In this document: positions 1-7,834 of the stretch, one piece after another
Numbering within the stretch: the stretch's first letter is position 1
Layout: each line of letters begins with the position of its first letter
Virus record (IMG/VR): IMGVR_UViG_3300046779_001164
Location: 1 to 29,260 of that record
Length of the DNA: 29,260 bases
Source: a virus
Lineage: Duplodnaviria > Caudoviricetes
Direction: 5' to 3' (one strand)
Program-made: the position numbers and the translations under genes
Notes under the pieces: generated by a model
The model's database searches: none
Told to the model about the DNA's origin: nothing
The model's input: only the letters and a program-made list of their open reading frames with translations

Positions 1-116
1 CCGAGATCATCAACCTGATTAAAAACCTAGCCTATATAGATGAAGATGGTAATGAGATGGTTTCTGAGTATAAAGATGAATTAATTAATTTTATTAAAAC
101 TGGGAAATTTGATTAA
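1..116 (+). CDS. 3' end of hypothetical protein (partial)
   Basis: Open frame 3 (EIINLIKNLAY...KTGKFD*) ending TAA at 114-116. Confidence 0.6.
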   Translation, partial: EIINLIKNLAYIDEDGNEMVSEYKDELINFIKTGKFD

Positions 117-121
117 CACCC

Positions 122-150
122 TTGACAATTAGCGGTATTGAGAGTAGAAT
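122..150 (+). promoter_or_regulatory. sigmaA/sigma70-type promoter, leaderless transcript
   Basis: TTGACA-17nt-TAGAAT, 6 nt upstream of ATG at 157. Confidence 0.8.
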
Positions 151-156
151 ATACTT

Positions 157-336
157 ATGAAAACACAATTTGATATTGAAGACTACCTAGACTATCTAAC
201 TGACCACCTACGCAAGACCCTTACCAAAGATTTCGGGGCAGATGGTGGACATATCGTAGATCTACTATCTAATACTGCCACTCAAATAGACGCTATCTTT
301 TACTGGATGGCTGACTATCCAAGGGAAGTTAAATGA
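157..336 (+). CDS. hypothetical protein (59 aa, not in ORF track)
   Basis: MKTQFDIEDYLDY...YPREVK*; directly after promoter; ATGA overlap with next ORF. Confidence 0.75.
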   Translation: MKTQFDIEDYLDYLTDHLRKTLTKDFGADGGHIVDLLSNTATQIDAIFYWMADYPREVK

Positions 337-665
337 GTATCATTGCACTAGAGAGCCATATCCAAAAGCTAACTGAGGACCTAGAGAATTCACACTTAAT
401 GTCTGACGTATTGGTAGATATGATTACTGATGAACTAGTCAAGCTGCATGCACAGCTATACTATGAAAGCCAACAGCCACCAACTTGGGATATGGTTAGT
501 AATCTAGAACTAGCTGCCGCAGAAAATGCGGTAAATCTAGTAAAAGAAAGTATTAAAGCTAAGATTATGGATAGAGTGACAGACTTAAAGAGTTGTGGTA
601 AGAATGATGACTGCTGGGAATTTGGAGATCTAATTGAAAGCTATATTGAGGAGTGGCTAGAATGA
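333..665 (+). CDS. hypothetical protein
   Basis: 110-aa ORF coupled on both sides by ATGA overlaps. Confidence 0.75.
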   Translation: MSIIALESHIQKLTEDLENSHLMSDVLVDMITDELVKLHAQLYYESQQPPTWDMVSNLELAAAENAVNLVKESIKAKIMDRVTDLKSCGKNDDCWEFGDLIESYIEEWLE

Positions 666-904
666 GCGAACTAGACTACAGTGATTCAGTTACTATTAAA
701 ATAACTAAGGTTAAGTATGACGGTGATCCATCTCACTGGGAGCTGGACATTGAGGGCGGAGAGTTTGACGGTAGCGGTGGAACAGACTCCACATTTAACG
801 GGGTATTTGATATGGCCTACAGTATCATCCATGGTGGAGATAAGTCTAGTGGCTGGGAAGTAAATGAATGGGTAAAATTTGACGCTAATGAAAGAAACAA
901 ATGA
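662..904 (+). CDS. hypothetical protein, paralog of 1821..2069
   Basis: MSELDYSDSVTIKITKVKYDG... aligns end to end with 1821..2069; start moved to 662 (ATGA overlap). Confidence 0.85.
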   Translation: MSELDYSDSVTIKITKVKYDGDPSHWELDIEGGEFDGSGGTDSTFNGVFDMAYSIIHGGDKSSGWEVNEWVKFDANERNK

Positions 905-1221
905 CGGAAGAAGAGATGCACTGGATTTCCCAAAATCTAGGACCATTGCTTAAAGCAGAGACTAGGCTAAGCACTAAAGAGGCATACCTCTTTGCTACTG
1001 ACTTTACTAAGCTACTTAAGCTAAAATGGTGGGGCATTGATGAGTTTGATAAGCCTGGGCTTGATCCTACTTATTCTGCTATTGATGAACTAAACACTAT
1101 CAACCCACACACCTTCAAGGTAAGCCAAGAAGAATGGGATAAGCTTAATGATTATCTTAATGAGCCTACCACACCAAGTGTAGTAGAAGGACTAAAAAGA
1201 TTGTTTGGTAAGAATGAATAA
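901..1221 (+). CDS. hypothetical protein
   Basis: 106-aa ORF, ATGA overlap. Confidence 0.7.
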   Translation: MTEEEMHWISQNLGPLLKAETRLSTKEAYLFATDFTKLLKLKWWGIDEFDKPGLDPTYSAIDELNTINPHTFKVSQEEWDKLNDYLNEPTTPSVVEGLKRLFGKNE

Positions 1222-1423
1222 TAAGATGCTAATTAGGGCAGAGACACAAAAGAACGAGTACTTTGACTTCGGAGAGCTGCTAGATGATATAAAGTCTGAT
1301 AACGTAATTAAATACTTCCTAGTGGTAAATGATGAAGAGATAGAGATTCCTTCTTCAATGGCAGCTGGGATATCGTATTTCTTTGATGAGTATAACCGAG
1401 AGGTATGTAAGCTAGATGAATGA
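1214..1423 (+). CDS. hypothetical protein
   Basis: ORF with probable ATG at 1214 overlapping upstream stop. Confidence 0.65.
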   Translation: MNNKMLIRAETQKNEYFDFGELLDDIKSDNVIKYFLVVNDEEIEIPSSMAAGISYFFDEYNREVCKLDE

Positions 1424-1571
1424 CTTCAAATGTAACTGTGGCTTTTGGCTATCTGCAGAAGTAGTGGACTATGAAGAATTTATGGAGTATGCAATTAAAG
1501 AACATGATGAACAACACTTGGCATGGCGTACAGCATATGTCCTTGGATTCTTTGGAGGTAGCAATGATTGA
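1416..1571 (+). CDS. small putative Zn-binding protein (51 aa, CxC...HxxxH; not in ORF track)
   Basis: MNDFKCNCGFWLSAE...KEHDEQH...SND*; overlaps both neighbours by 8 nt. Confidence 0.65.
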   Translation: MNDFKCNCGFWLSAEVVDYEEFMEYAIKEHDEQHLAWRTAYVLGFFGGSND

Positions 1572-1824
1572 TCCAAATGACTACTGGGTAAACAATCCAC
1601 TTATAACACCGATTAATAAGGCTTTGATGTATGATAATGCTATTTGGAATGCCGAAGAGCATAAGAGATATGACATTATTGAATTCCTAGAAGATAGAAT
1701 AAAGATGGTAAAGAAGCAAGGATCTTGGGGTATTATAACTGCTATGGGCAGACCAGTAGAGCCTGATGACGTTATAGCTATTACAGAAGCAATTATTTAT
1801 GCAATTAGGGAAGAAGTTAAATGA
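1564..1824 (+). CDS. hypothetical protein
   Basis: Start reassigned to ATG 1564 (GGAGG Shine-Dalgarno upstream). Confidence 0.7.
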   Translation: MIDPNDYWVNNPLITPINKALMYDNAIWNAEEHKRYDIIEFLEDRIKMVKKQGSWGIITAMGRPVEPDDVIAITEAIIYAIREEVK

Positions 1825-2069
1825 GTGACCTAGACTATTCAGATCAGGTAACTATTACCATTACTAAGGTAAAGTATGATGGTGAGCCTACCCATTGGGA
1901 TGTAGGTGTATTGAGGGCTGGAGAGTATGACGAGCTTGGTGGGGGAACTGCTCCCACTTTTGCTGGGGTATATGACATAGCCTACAGTATCATTGCAGGT
2001 GGAGATAAATCTAATAACTATGAATATAATGAGTGGGCATTGTTTGATGCTAATGAGAGGAACAAATGA
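1821..2069 (+). CDS. hypothetical protein, paralog of 662..904
   Basis: MSDLDYSDQVTITITKVKYDG...FDANERNK. Confidence 0.85.
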   Translation: MSDLDYSDQVTITITKVKYDGEPTHWDVGVLRAGEYDELGGGTAPTFAGVYDIAYSIIAGGDKSNNYEYNEWALFDANERNK

Positions 2070-2254
2070 TTAGTTTAGTGTTTGGTCCAGACTACACATG
2101 GATTGATTTATTTTTTGCAGGAATTATGGAATTTATGCTAATAGTAGGCATACTGTATTCAGTATCTTATCTGTTTAATTGGATATATGATTTCAATGGG
2201 GCAATGAGGGTATATCGTCAAATGAAGGAATCTACTAAGGGTGGAATAAAATGA
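2066..2254 (+). CDS. small membrane protein
   Basis: Hydrophobic segment; ATGA overlaps. Confidence 0.7.
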   Translation: MISLVFGPDYTWIDLFFAGIMEFMLIVGILYSVSYLFNWIYDFNGAMRVYRQMKESTKGGIK

Positions 2255-2484
2255 AACTAATGATAGCTAAGATAGTTTACTGGACCGTGATTACGTTGAT
2301 GATTGGTCTAGCATTGGGCTTGGCAATAGCCCTGGCTTGGTTTACAATTACTACTATACCATTTGCCTTTTTTGTTCTTCTTGGTGCCCTGATCCTTGTT
2401 GGATTTGGCCTACTAATGGGTTGGGCGGAATCAGTAATAGAGAAAGAGAAGAGATATAGTAATGACTATAGAAGAATTGTCTGA
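2251..2484 (+). CDS. two-TM membrane protein
   Basis: Two long hydrophobic stretches, charged C-terminus. Confidence 0.7.
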   Translation: MKLMIAKIVYWTVITLMIGLALGLAIALAWFTITTIPFAFFVLLGALILVGFGLLMGWAESVIEKEKRYSNDYRRIV

Positions 2485-2614
2485 AGCCATAGAGGTTTTA
2501 TCAGAGAAGGTAGCAATCCAGGAGATGACTCTTAATGTTATCTCAGAGGCTGCAGATCGTCTACAGCAAAAGCTTGACGAGGCCTTCATGCTTTGGGGAG
2601 ATTCCAATGACTAG
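2462..2614 (+). CDS. small coiled-coil hypothetical protein (50 aa, not in ORF track)
   Basis: MTIEELSEAIEVL...WGDSND*. Confidence 0.6.
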   Translation: MTIEELSEAIEVLSEKVAIQEMTLNVISEAADRLQQKLDEAFMLWGDSND

Positions 2615-2714
2615 CCTATTCGGCTGGTGCCTTAATAATGAGCATAGTATCTGTTTGGCTATAACTTCGGAAAAAATAGAGTGCTCGTGTAGTTGCCATA
2701 AAGTTTCGGCGTAA
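2607..2714 (+). CDS. small Cys/His-rich protein (35 aa, FGWC..H..C..CxCxCH; not in ORF track)
   Basis: MTSLFGWCLNNEHSICLAITSEKIECSCSCHKVSA*; GGGGAG Shine-Dalgarno. Confidence 0.65.
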   Translation: MTSLFGWCLNNEHSICLAITSEKIECSCSCHKVSA

Positions 2715-2760
2715 AAAGTTCGGCGGCAAATAAGAGTACCCATGCCACCCTACATTACTT
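2713..2760 (+). repeat. left copy of long-range imperfect inverted repeat (partner 16803..16848)
   Basis: AAAAAGTTCGGCGGCAAATAAGAG vs reverse complement AAAAATTCGGCGGAATAAGAG. Confidence 0.55.
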
Positions 2761-2779
2761 CGTAATGCTATAGGCAAGT

Positions 2780-3322
2780 TTACAGAGAAGTAGTCCTAGC
2801 AAGAGACTTGGTATATACTTCCATACATTGGGATAGATCGTAATCTTTGACTATCTCAGCTATCTCGTTATATCGATCTAAAGTCCTAGATGAGATAACA
2901 TAGCCACTGACCTTGGCCCCATCGACTATCTCATAGTTCTTTAATGAGGATGCATAGACGTTGTCATTTCGAACGGCATTGGTTAAGCCAACAATCTCAT
3001 CTACTACAAGACTAGTATTAGATACAACATCCTCATAGGAGAACAATAGGTCAACCTTATCTAAATTAGAATAGAAATAGATATAGTGATCTATCTTTTG
3101 TTGGATATAAGCTTTAAGATCGTATCCGTAATATAGGTCATCCATAGAGACAATAGAGACTATAGAGTCAAATGGATTTCTGGCTATGCTGATTACCTTA
3201 AGTTCTGAATCAGACAGGACTGGGTCGTGAGTCTTAATTGGGATCATGTTGGTACATTGTCTGACATAGTCATTGAGAAGCTGGGATCCAGACCTAGGAT
3301 AGGTAGATAGTATGATTTCCAT
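2780..3322 (-). CDS. sulfotransferase-like protein
   Basis: N-terminal TYPRSGS (5'-PSB-like) and RNPFDSIVS (3'-PB-like) motifs; leaderless TGTTATAAT promoter just upstream. Confidence 0.75.
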   Translation of the reverse strand: MEIILSTYPRSGSQLLNDYVRQCTNMIPIKTHDPVLSDSELKVISIARNPFDSIVSIVSMDDLYYGYDLKAYIQQKIDHYIYFYSNLDKVDLLFSYEDVVSNTSLVVDEIVGLTNAVRNDNVYASSLKNYEIVDGAKVSGYVISSRTLDRYNEIAEIVKDYDLSQCMEVYTKSLARTTSL

Positions 3323-3401
3323 ACTTGATTATAACATAGCCAAATTTTCGGGGAATCAAGAGATGGCTTCGTAATCCCTAGTATAAGATATACTTACTAG
3401 T

Positions 3402-3497
3402 ATGAATACATCAGATTATATAGTTGCTTGGTTGGTTGTTGGATATGGCATATCTATTGCTATCATCCTATGGCTTGAAAGCAAATCAAAGAAGTAG
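3402..3497 (+). CDS. small membrane peptide (31 aa)
   Basis: MNTSDYIVAWLVVGYGISIAIILWLESKSKK*; TATACT 7 nt upstream. Confidence 0.5.
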   Translation: MNTSDYIVAWLVVGYGISIAIILWLESKSKK

Positions 3498-3540
3498 CCT
3501 TATGATTGTTTAAGCTCATAAACAATCGTATGGGATATGC

Positions 3541-3717
3541 TTATGGTCGTTTAAGATCTATGCCACAATGCAGACATATGCCTTTATCTGTATTCCAGAT
3601 ACCTGCAAAGAAGTGATTACCCCTTGAGCATCTTATCTTTGATCTCAAAGCATAAATATACCAGAAATAGTTAATCAAGAATAGCTTGATATGTAGCTTA
3701 ATAGTGGATAGTTTCAT
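3541..3717 (-). CDS. small protein with C..H / CxxC motif (58 aa)
   Basis: MKLSTIKL...CSRGNH...CLHCGIDLKRP*; TGGTATATT upstream. Confidence 0.55.
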   Translation of the reverse strand: MKLSTIKLHIKLFLINYFWYIYALRSKIRCSRGNHFFAGIWNTDKGICLHCGIDLKRP

Positions 3718-3792
3718 AGCTCAAATATACCACATAACCACGTATCAGGAAGACTAAATACCCCGAAAATATACACAGAATATTCTTCTGAT

Positions 3793-3845
3793 TTATCCAC
3801 AGATAACCGAATATTATACACATTTTATCCACATATTGTGCATAA
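3793..3845. promoter_or_regulatory. cluster of four DnaA-box consensus sites next to an AT-rich tract
   Basis: TTATCCACA 3793, TTATACACA 3814, TTATCCACA 3825, TGTGCATAA 3837. Confidence 0.7.
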
Positions 3846-4172
3846 AGATCTTACTGTATATATCTTGATATGTTGATAAGATGGATTGGATAAAAATATA
3901 TGATGAATGGAGCGTATAATCTTCGTAAACGTAATGGTTTTTCCGCATAATCTTCGGTCTATATCTATAATAGCAAATTGTTTATATGCACAAAACATCC
4001 GATTTGTCAAGTATTTTTATATAATATTATTTTCTATTTTATATAACTTTCTGGGAAAAATATCGATCTATCGTAATGTTTTTTATTAAAACATATCCAT
4101 TATTTGGACATATCTTGGATAGCTAAAAACCCCTATGTATTTCTACTAGGGGTGTATTTACTACTAGGGAGA

Positions 4173-4382
4173 TTATGTATCAGATGAGTTGATCTCTGTA
4201 CCGCTTTGCGAATCCTTAACAGGATTATTAACGATTTCTTTCGGGGTATATGAGAATAGCTTAGATATACCAGTAACGGCAGTAAAGGCATACCATAGGT
4301 TAGGTTGATTAGCTACGATCCTATTTACTTCTTTATTATAGATAGGGTTTTCCATTAGCTTTGCAAAATGTCTAGGACTCAT
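4173..4382 (-). CDS. hypothetical protein
   Basis: 69-aa ORF; TATACT -10 just upstream; CCCCTA/TAGGGG hairpin downstream (~4130-4152). Confidence 0.6.
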   Translation of the reverse strand: MSPRHFAKLMENPIYNKEVNRIVANQPNLWYAFTAVTGISKLFSYTPKEIVNNPVKDSQSGTEINSSDT

Positions 4383-4525
4383 ATATCAAGTATACATCAA
4401 TTTGGGAAAAAATATCTTGCTATCGTAATACTATTGACAAATAGGATATTTTATGATATACAAATTTGTTCAAACTTTCTGGGAAATTTTTAGGTCCATC
4501 GTAATACTATTGTTACATTAGATAC

Positions 4526-4575
4526 TTGACAAATACAAATAAGTATGGTCGGCCACAAAGGATCCCCCTTGTCAA
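4526..4575. repeat. dyad element E1: TTGAC-N16-GGTCGGCC-N16-GTCAA
   Basis: Both arms present; core at 4547-4554. Confidence 0.85.
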
Positions 4576-4604
4576 GTAGGAGGATCCCTGTGTCGCTTAG
4601 CTTT

Positions 4605-4877
4605 CTATCCTGCTTCAGCCAATAGGTCATCTAGGGTTTCAAATCCTGTATCCTCAACCTCTAGTCCAGCAAGTAGCAAGTCAAAGGTTTCGTTCACAAA
4701 TCTTTCCGCTAGGTCAGTAGACTGAACAATGTCGTTAGCAAGAACATAAGCAAGTGGCAAGCCAATGTCGTTGTATTCTACGAAGTCCTGAAACTCTTCA
4801 TCTTGACGATAGTTGAGCCATAGGTCTGCTAGGATAGCCAACTTATCAGAATAAGTAGTTGATGTGTTCTCTGTCAT
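4605..4877 (-). CDS. acidic hypothetical protein
   Basis: ORF track 4605..4913; likely start MTENTS at 4877. Confidence 0.75.
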   Translation of the reverse strand: MTENTSTTYSDKLAILADLWLNYRQDEEFQDFVEYNDIGLPLAYVLANDIVQSTDLAERFVNETFDLLLAGLEVEDTGFETLDDLLAEAG

Positions 4878-5058
4878 AGGCTTTCTCTTTTTCCCATTCT
4901 GCTGATTCAGCAATTATCATTATACGGTTGTAAGGTGTGTTAGGTCTGATTCTTGCCAAATACATTCCAACTTGGTCAAGGTCAATCCTTGTGTCGCAAA
5001 CTATGTCTGCTATCTGCTCTGCTATCTTTTCTTCTTTTGTTTTTTGTAGTTTACGCAT
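4846..5058 (-). CDS. hypothetical protein
   Basis: 70 aa; AGAGGA Shine-Dalgarno; promoter at 5086-5114. Confidence 0.75.
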   Translation of the reverse strand: MRKLQKTKEEKIAEQIADIVCDTRIDLDQVGMYLARIRPNTPYNRIMIIAESAEWEKEKAYDREHINYLF

Positions 5059-5085
5059 TTGTCCTCTATTCAGTTATACTTGCCT

Positions 5086-5114
5086 ATTGTATCAAAAACT
5101 AAGGGGGAAGTCAA
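5086..5114 (-). promoter_or_regulatory. sigmaA-type promoter
   Basis: TTGACT-17-TACAAT. Confidence 0.75.
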
Positions 5115-5143
5115 TACCCTGCGAAGAATACTAACCTCCCCCT
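5102..5143 (-). terminator. long hairpin, terminator-like
   Basis: 19-bp stem (with G-U on minus strand), TCGC loop, followed by TAGTTTTT. Confidence 0.6.
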
Positions 5144-5224
5144 GTGTGATGGCCAGTCCAACCCCTTAGACCGATTCGCCATCACTATCGACATGGAGTA
5201 ATCTCAACATGCCAAACTATCTTA

Positions 5225-5434
5225 TTAGGCTAGAGACTTTGCTTTACGCAATGAGTCAAGACTAATAGAATCAATAAACTTACCGTTCTTGCGGTATACA
5301 ACTCGCTCTGAAGTTCCGTAACGAGTGTTCCATACTTCTAGGTAAGGGACGACGGCACCCTCTGCCTTTGCCTTCTTAGTTACCTTGGTGAGACGCTTTG
5401 GTGTTGCCTTACGTGCCTTTGGAAATACTGCCAT
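5225..5434 (-). CDS. basic hypothetical protein
   Basis: Likely start MAVFPKARK at 5434 (AAGGAG Shine-Dalgarno). Confidence 0.75.
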   Translation of the reverse strand: MAVFPKARKATPKRLTKVTKKAKAEGAVVPYLEVWNTRYGTSERVVYRKNGKFIDSISLDSLRKAKSLA

Positions 5435-5481
5435 GATGTTGCTCCTTATGTTTAAGTTAATGTTAGGGTTACTGCTATTCA

Positions 5482-5510
5482 ATTGTATATTAAGTTATAG
5501 GGTTTGTCAA
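5482..5510 (-). promoter_or_regulatory. sigmaA-type promoter
   Basis: TTGACA-17-TACAAT. Confidence 0.8.
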
Positions 5511-5513
5511 GGG

Positions 5514-5864
5514 CTAGAACAAAACTTCTTCCTGATAGACAGGTAACCCATAGAAGATGCTACGTAGGCGATCGCTCAGCAATGCGTCCTTATCTGCAAG
5601 GAATCCGTTGAGGCCATACCACAGGTCTGGTTCATGGTTCTGGAAGTATGGGTCATTTAGAATAAGATTGTTAGTCTCAGTAGGTGTCAGCTCGATAGGT
5701 TCCCCCAGTTCTTCATGCATTGTGGCACCCTGGTATGAGTTCACCTGATAGATGTGAATGTACCATGGCCCACTGTGCTCATAGATAGGGAATGCATCTG
5801 CATCAAGTCCCACCTCTAGTTCACGTTGGAAGATGTTCAAATCATAGTCGAATTCGGTTCCCAT
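5514..5864 (-). CDS. hypothetical protein
   Basis: Likely start MGTEF at 5864 (TAATG coupling). Confidence 0.75.
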   Translation of the reverse strand: MGTEFDYDLNIFQRELEVGLDADAFPIYEHSGPWYIHIYQVNSYQGATMHEELGEPIELTPTETNNLILNDPYFQNHEPDLWYGLNGFLADKDALLSDRLRSIFYGLPVYQEEVLF

Positions 5865-6139
5865 TAGTACCACGCCTCTCCAGCATGCTCATCGCATCCA
5901 CAGCAGTTCAAACAAAACTCTTGCTGTTGGTCGCACTTGTATGTATCCATGATTATTTCATTATCGATTGTTGCATACTCTTGGCAGTCCGCACAGATTT
6001 CTACTTCACTGCTTTCAAGAATCTGAAGAATCTCTCCGTCTTCTACAAACGGAAGCATTGCCTCATAGATGTGGCTTAGCCATGCGTCATCAATAAGTAA
6101 AGTTATCTTATTAGTTACTACCTGATTGCTAACTGACAA
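5864..6139 (-). CDS. hypothetical protein with CxxC motifs
   Basis: CADC ... CLNCCGC. Confidence 0.7.
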   Translation of the reverse strand: MSVSNQVVTNKITLLIDDAWLSHIYEAMLPFVEDGEILQILESSEVEICADCQEYATIDNEIIMDTYKCDQQQEFCLNCCGCDEHAGEAWY

Positions 6140-6548
6140 TTGGGGCGTCCTCTCCGTAGATGTCCTTCAATGCTACCACAGTATCGCAGTCGATGTCAAT
6201 CATGCCCTCGTCGCACTCTGTACACTCAGGGTCTGCTTCCCAGTCTGTCTCTTCAGTACGGCAGTCACAGTCACGGTATACCCAAGTAGGAATCTCAGTC
6301 ATCTCATCTTCCCAAGGATTAGTAGTGATGTAGTACTGAATGCGATTGACATAGTGATAGCCAGAAAGGATGTAAGTTCCACCCTCGCCATCTACTTCAG
6401 TCCAGATAAACTTAGGGTCAGTTGTACGTACAAGTTCCTGCTCTTCCCCATAGGTTTCGAAGGTAATGCCATCTGGGTCATTACTAAACTTATTATTGAT
6501 TGGCTTGAAGGTATCTACCCAAGATGAGTAGGTATAAAACTTTGACAT
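6129..6548 (-). CDS. hypothetical protein with C-terminal Zn-finger-like motif
   Basis: CDC...CTEC; GGAG Shine-Dalgarno. Confidence 0.8.
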   Translation of the reverse strand: MSKFYTYSSWVDTFKPINNKFSNDPDGITFETYGEEQELVRTTDPKFIWTEVDGEGGTYILSGYHYVNRIQYYITTNPWEDEMTEIPTWVYRDCDCRTEETDWEADPECTECDEGMIDIDCDTVVALKDIYGEDAPIVS

Positions 6549-6557
6549 GGGGTCTCC

Positions 6558-7103
6558 TTAGAAGTGGAAGTCTACAGGTATAAGATACCATGAATCGTCA
6601 AGATTGTCAAGCATAAACTTAGGATTGGTTGACCAGTTATGTAGGTCATAGAAGTATGAGTTCATATCCCATTTGCCCTGAAGCATATCAATCATCTTGT
6701 TCAGTTCATAGAGGTCAAATGAGTAGTCTGTGATACCGTCATACTTATCTAACTTAGCATTGATATCTACATTGCTTGCCTCATACCTTTGGCGGTATCC
6801 AGCAAACTCTGTCTTGCGTGATTCAATAGAATCGCTAACAGTCTTAGTAAACAACTCTGCATTCTCACCATAGGAGATAACCATAGAGTGGTCGTCTTCC
6901 TTATACTGGCTATCAGGGTTGGGATTCCACCTACCCCCACCTACAATAAACCAATCAGACCAGCCACCAAGACCTTCTGATTCTGAATACATTTCTTCAA
7001 ACTTGGCCTTGACGATATCGAATGCTTCTTCCTTACAGGAATCCAGCTCTTCACTTTCAAATGAGTTTGGGTTCTTTACAGCAATCCATTGTAAAACGTG
7101 CAT
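6558..7103 (-). CDS. conserved phage hypothetical protein (DWxxxGGRW-type motif)
   Basis: WSDWFIVGGGRW and C-terminal VDFHF; promoter 7132-7160. Confidence 0.8.
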   Translation of the reverse strand: MHVLQWIAVKNPNSFESEELDSCKEEAFDIVKAKFEEMYSESEGLGGWSDWFIVGGGRWNPNPDSQYKEDDHSMVISYGENAELFTKTVSDSIESRKTEFAGYRQRYEASNVDINAKLDKYDGITDYSFDLYELNKMIDMLQGKWDMNSYFYDLHNWSTNPKFMLDNLDDSWYLIPVDFHF

Positions 7104-7131
7104 GGGGTTTCCGTTCTTTGAGGTTATATCT

Positions 7132-7160
7132 ATTATGACAGGTTGCTATGCGTTTGTCAA
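7132..7160 (-). promoter_or_regulatory. sigmaA-type promoter
   Basis: TTGACA-17-CATAAT. Confidence 0.75.
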
Positions 7161-7664
7161 CTCTTTTTTGAACATTGCTAGATAATTTTCTGCGGTATCT
7201 AGTCCATCAAAACTAAGAGCAACAGACATACCGTTATACTTAGTGATAAACTGTCTAGTCTTATAGTTCAGTTCATAGACACCTTCACAGAATAGATCGT
7301 CATTCTCAAAGTCTGATTCGTCATGTAATGGAATAGGGCCATTAGAATATACCAATACCCTCAAGATATCGCAGCCAGTATCTCTAGTTAGACTAGGATA
7401 GTTAAGACTAAACTCTTCACCCTGTTCCATAGTCATAAGACCATCTTCATCTGTATACTGCTTAGAGATTTCCAAAAGCTCATCCTCTGTGAGGAATCTA
7501 GCCTTTACCAATGATTTCTCAATAGTCTCAAGCATTTTGTGTTCCTTGATAAAGTCAAGAATGCGTGTGCCTGTGTATTCTGGATAGCCATCCCATTGTC
7601 CGTATTGTGCTACCCTGGTGATTCCATCTGCGTCAACAACTTTAGTAAGATTACGAGTTCCCAT
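7146..7664 (-). CDS. conserved phage hypothetical protein (MGTR...YxQWDGYP type)
   Basis: MGTRNLT...QYGQWDGYP; GAAAGGA Shine-Dalgarno. Confidence 0.8.
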   Translation of the reverse strand: MGTRNLTKVVDADGITRVAQYGQWDGYPEYTGTRILDFIKEHKMLETIEKSLVKARFLTEDELLEISKQYTDEDGLMTMEQGEEFSLNYPSLTRDTGCDILRVLVYSNGPIPLHDESDFENDDLFCEGVYELNYKTRQFITKYNGMSVALSFDGLDTAENYLAMFKKELTNA

Positions 7665-7784
7665 TGGGAATCCTTTCGTTGGGGTTTTTGCTTATGATAT
7701 ATTTTCTCACACATTCGGGAAAATGTCAAGCGTTTCGTAATTAATATCTTAATGCTATTTATATTATTAGTTATCTTATTATGG

Positions 7785-7813
7785 GGTCGGCCACAGATCC
7801 TCCCAGCTGTCAA
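7785..7813. repeat. dyad element E2 (core + right arm)
   Basis: GGTCGGCC-N16-GTCAA. Confidence 0.8.
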
Positions 7814-7834
7814 GCCAGGAGGTCTGCGTGTCGC

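Noticed and set aside
3825-4089. ORFs 3825..4010 and 3907..4089
   Set aside because: Low-complexity AT-rich translations overlapping the DnaA-box/AT-rich tract with no convincing RBS.
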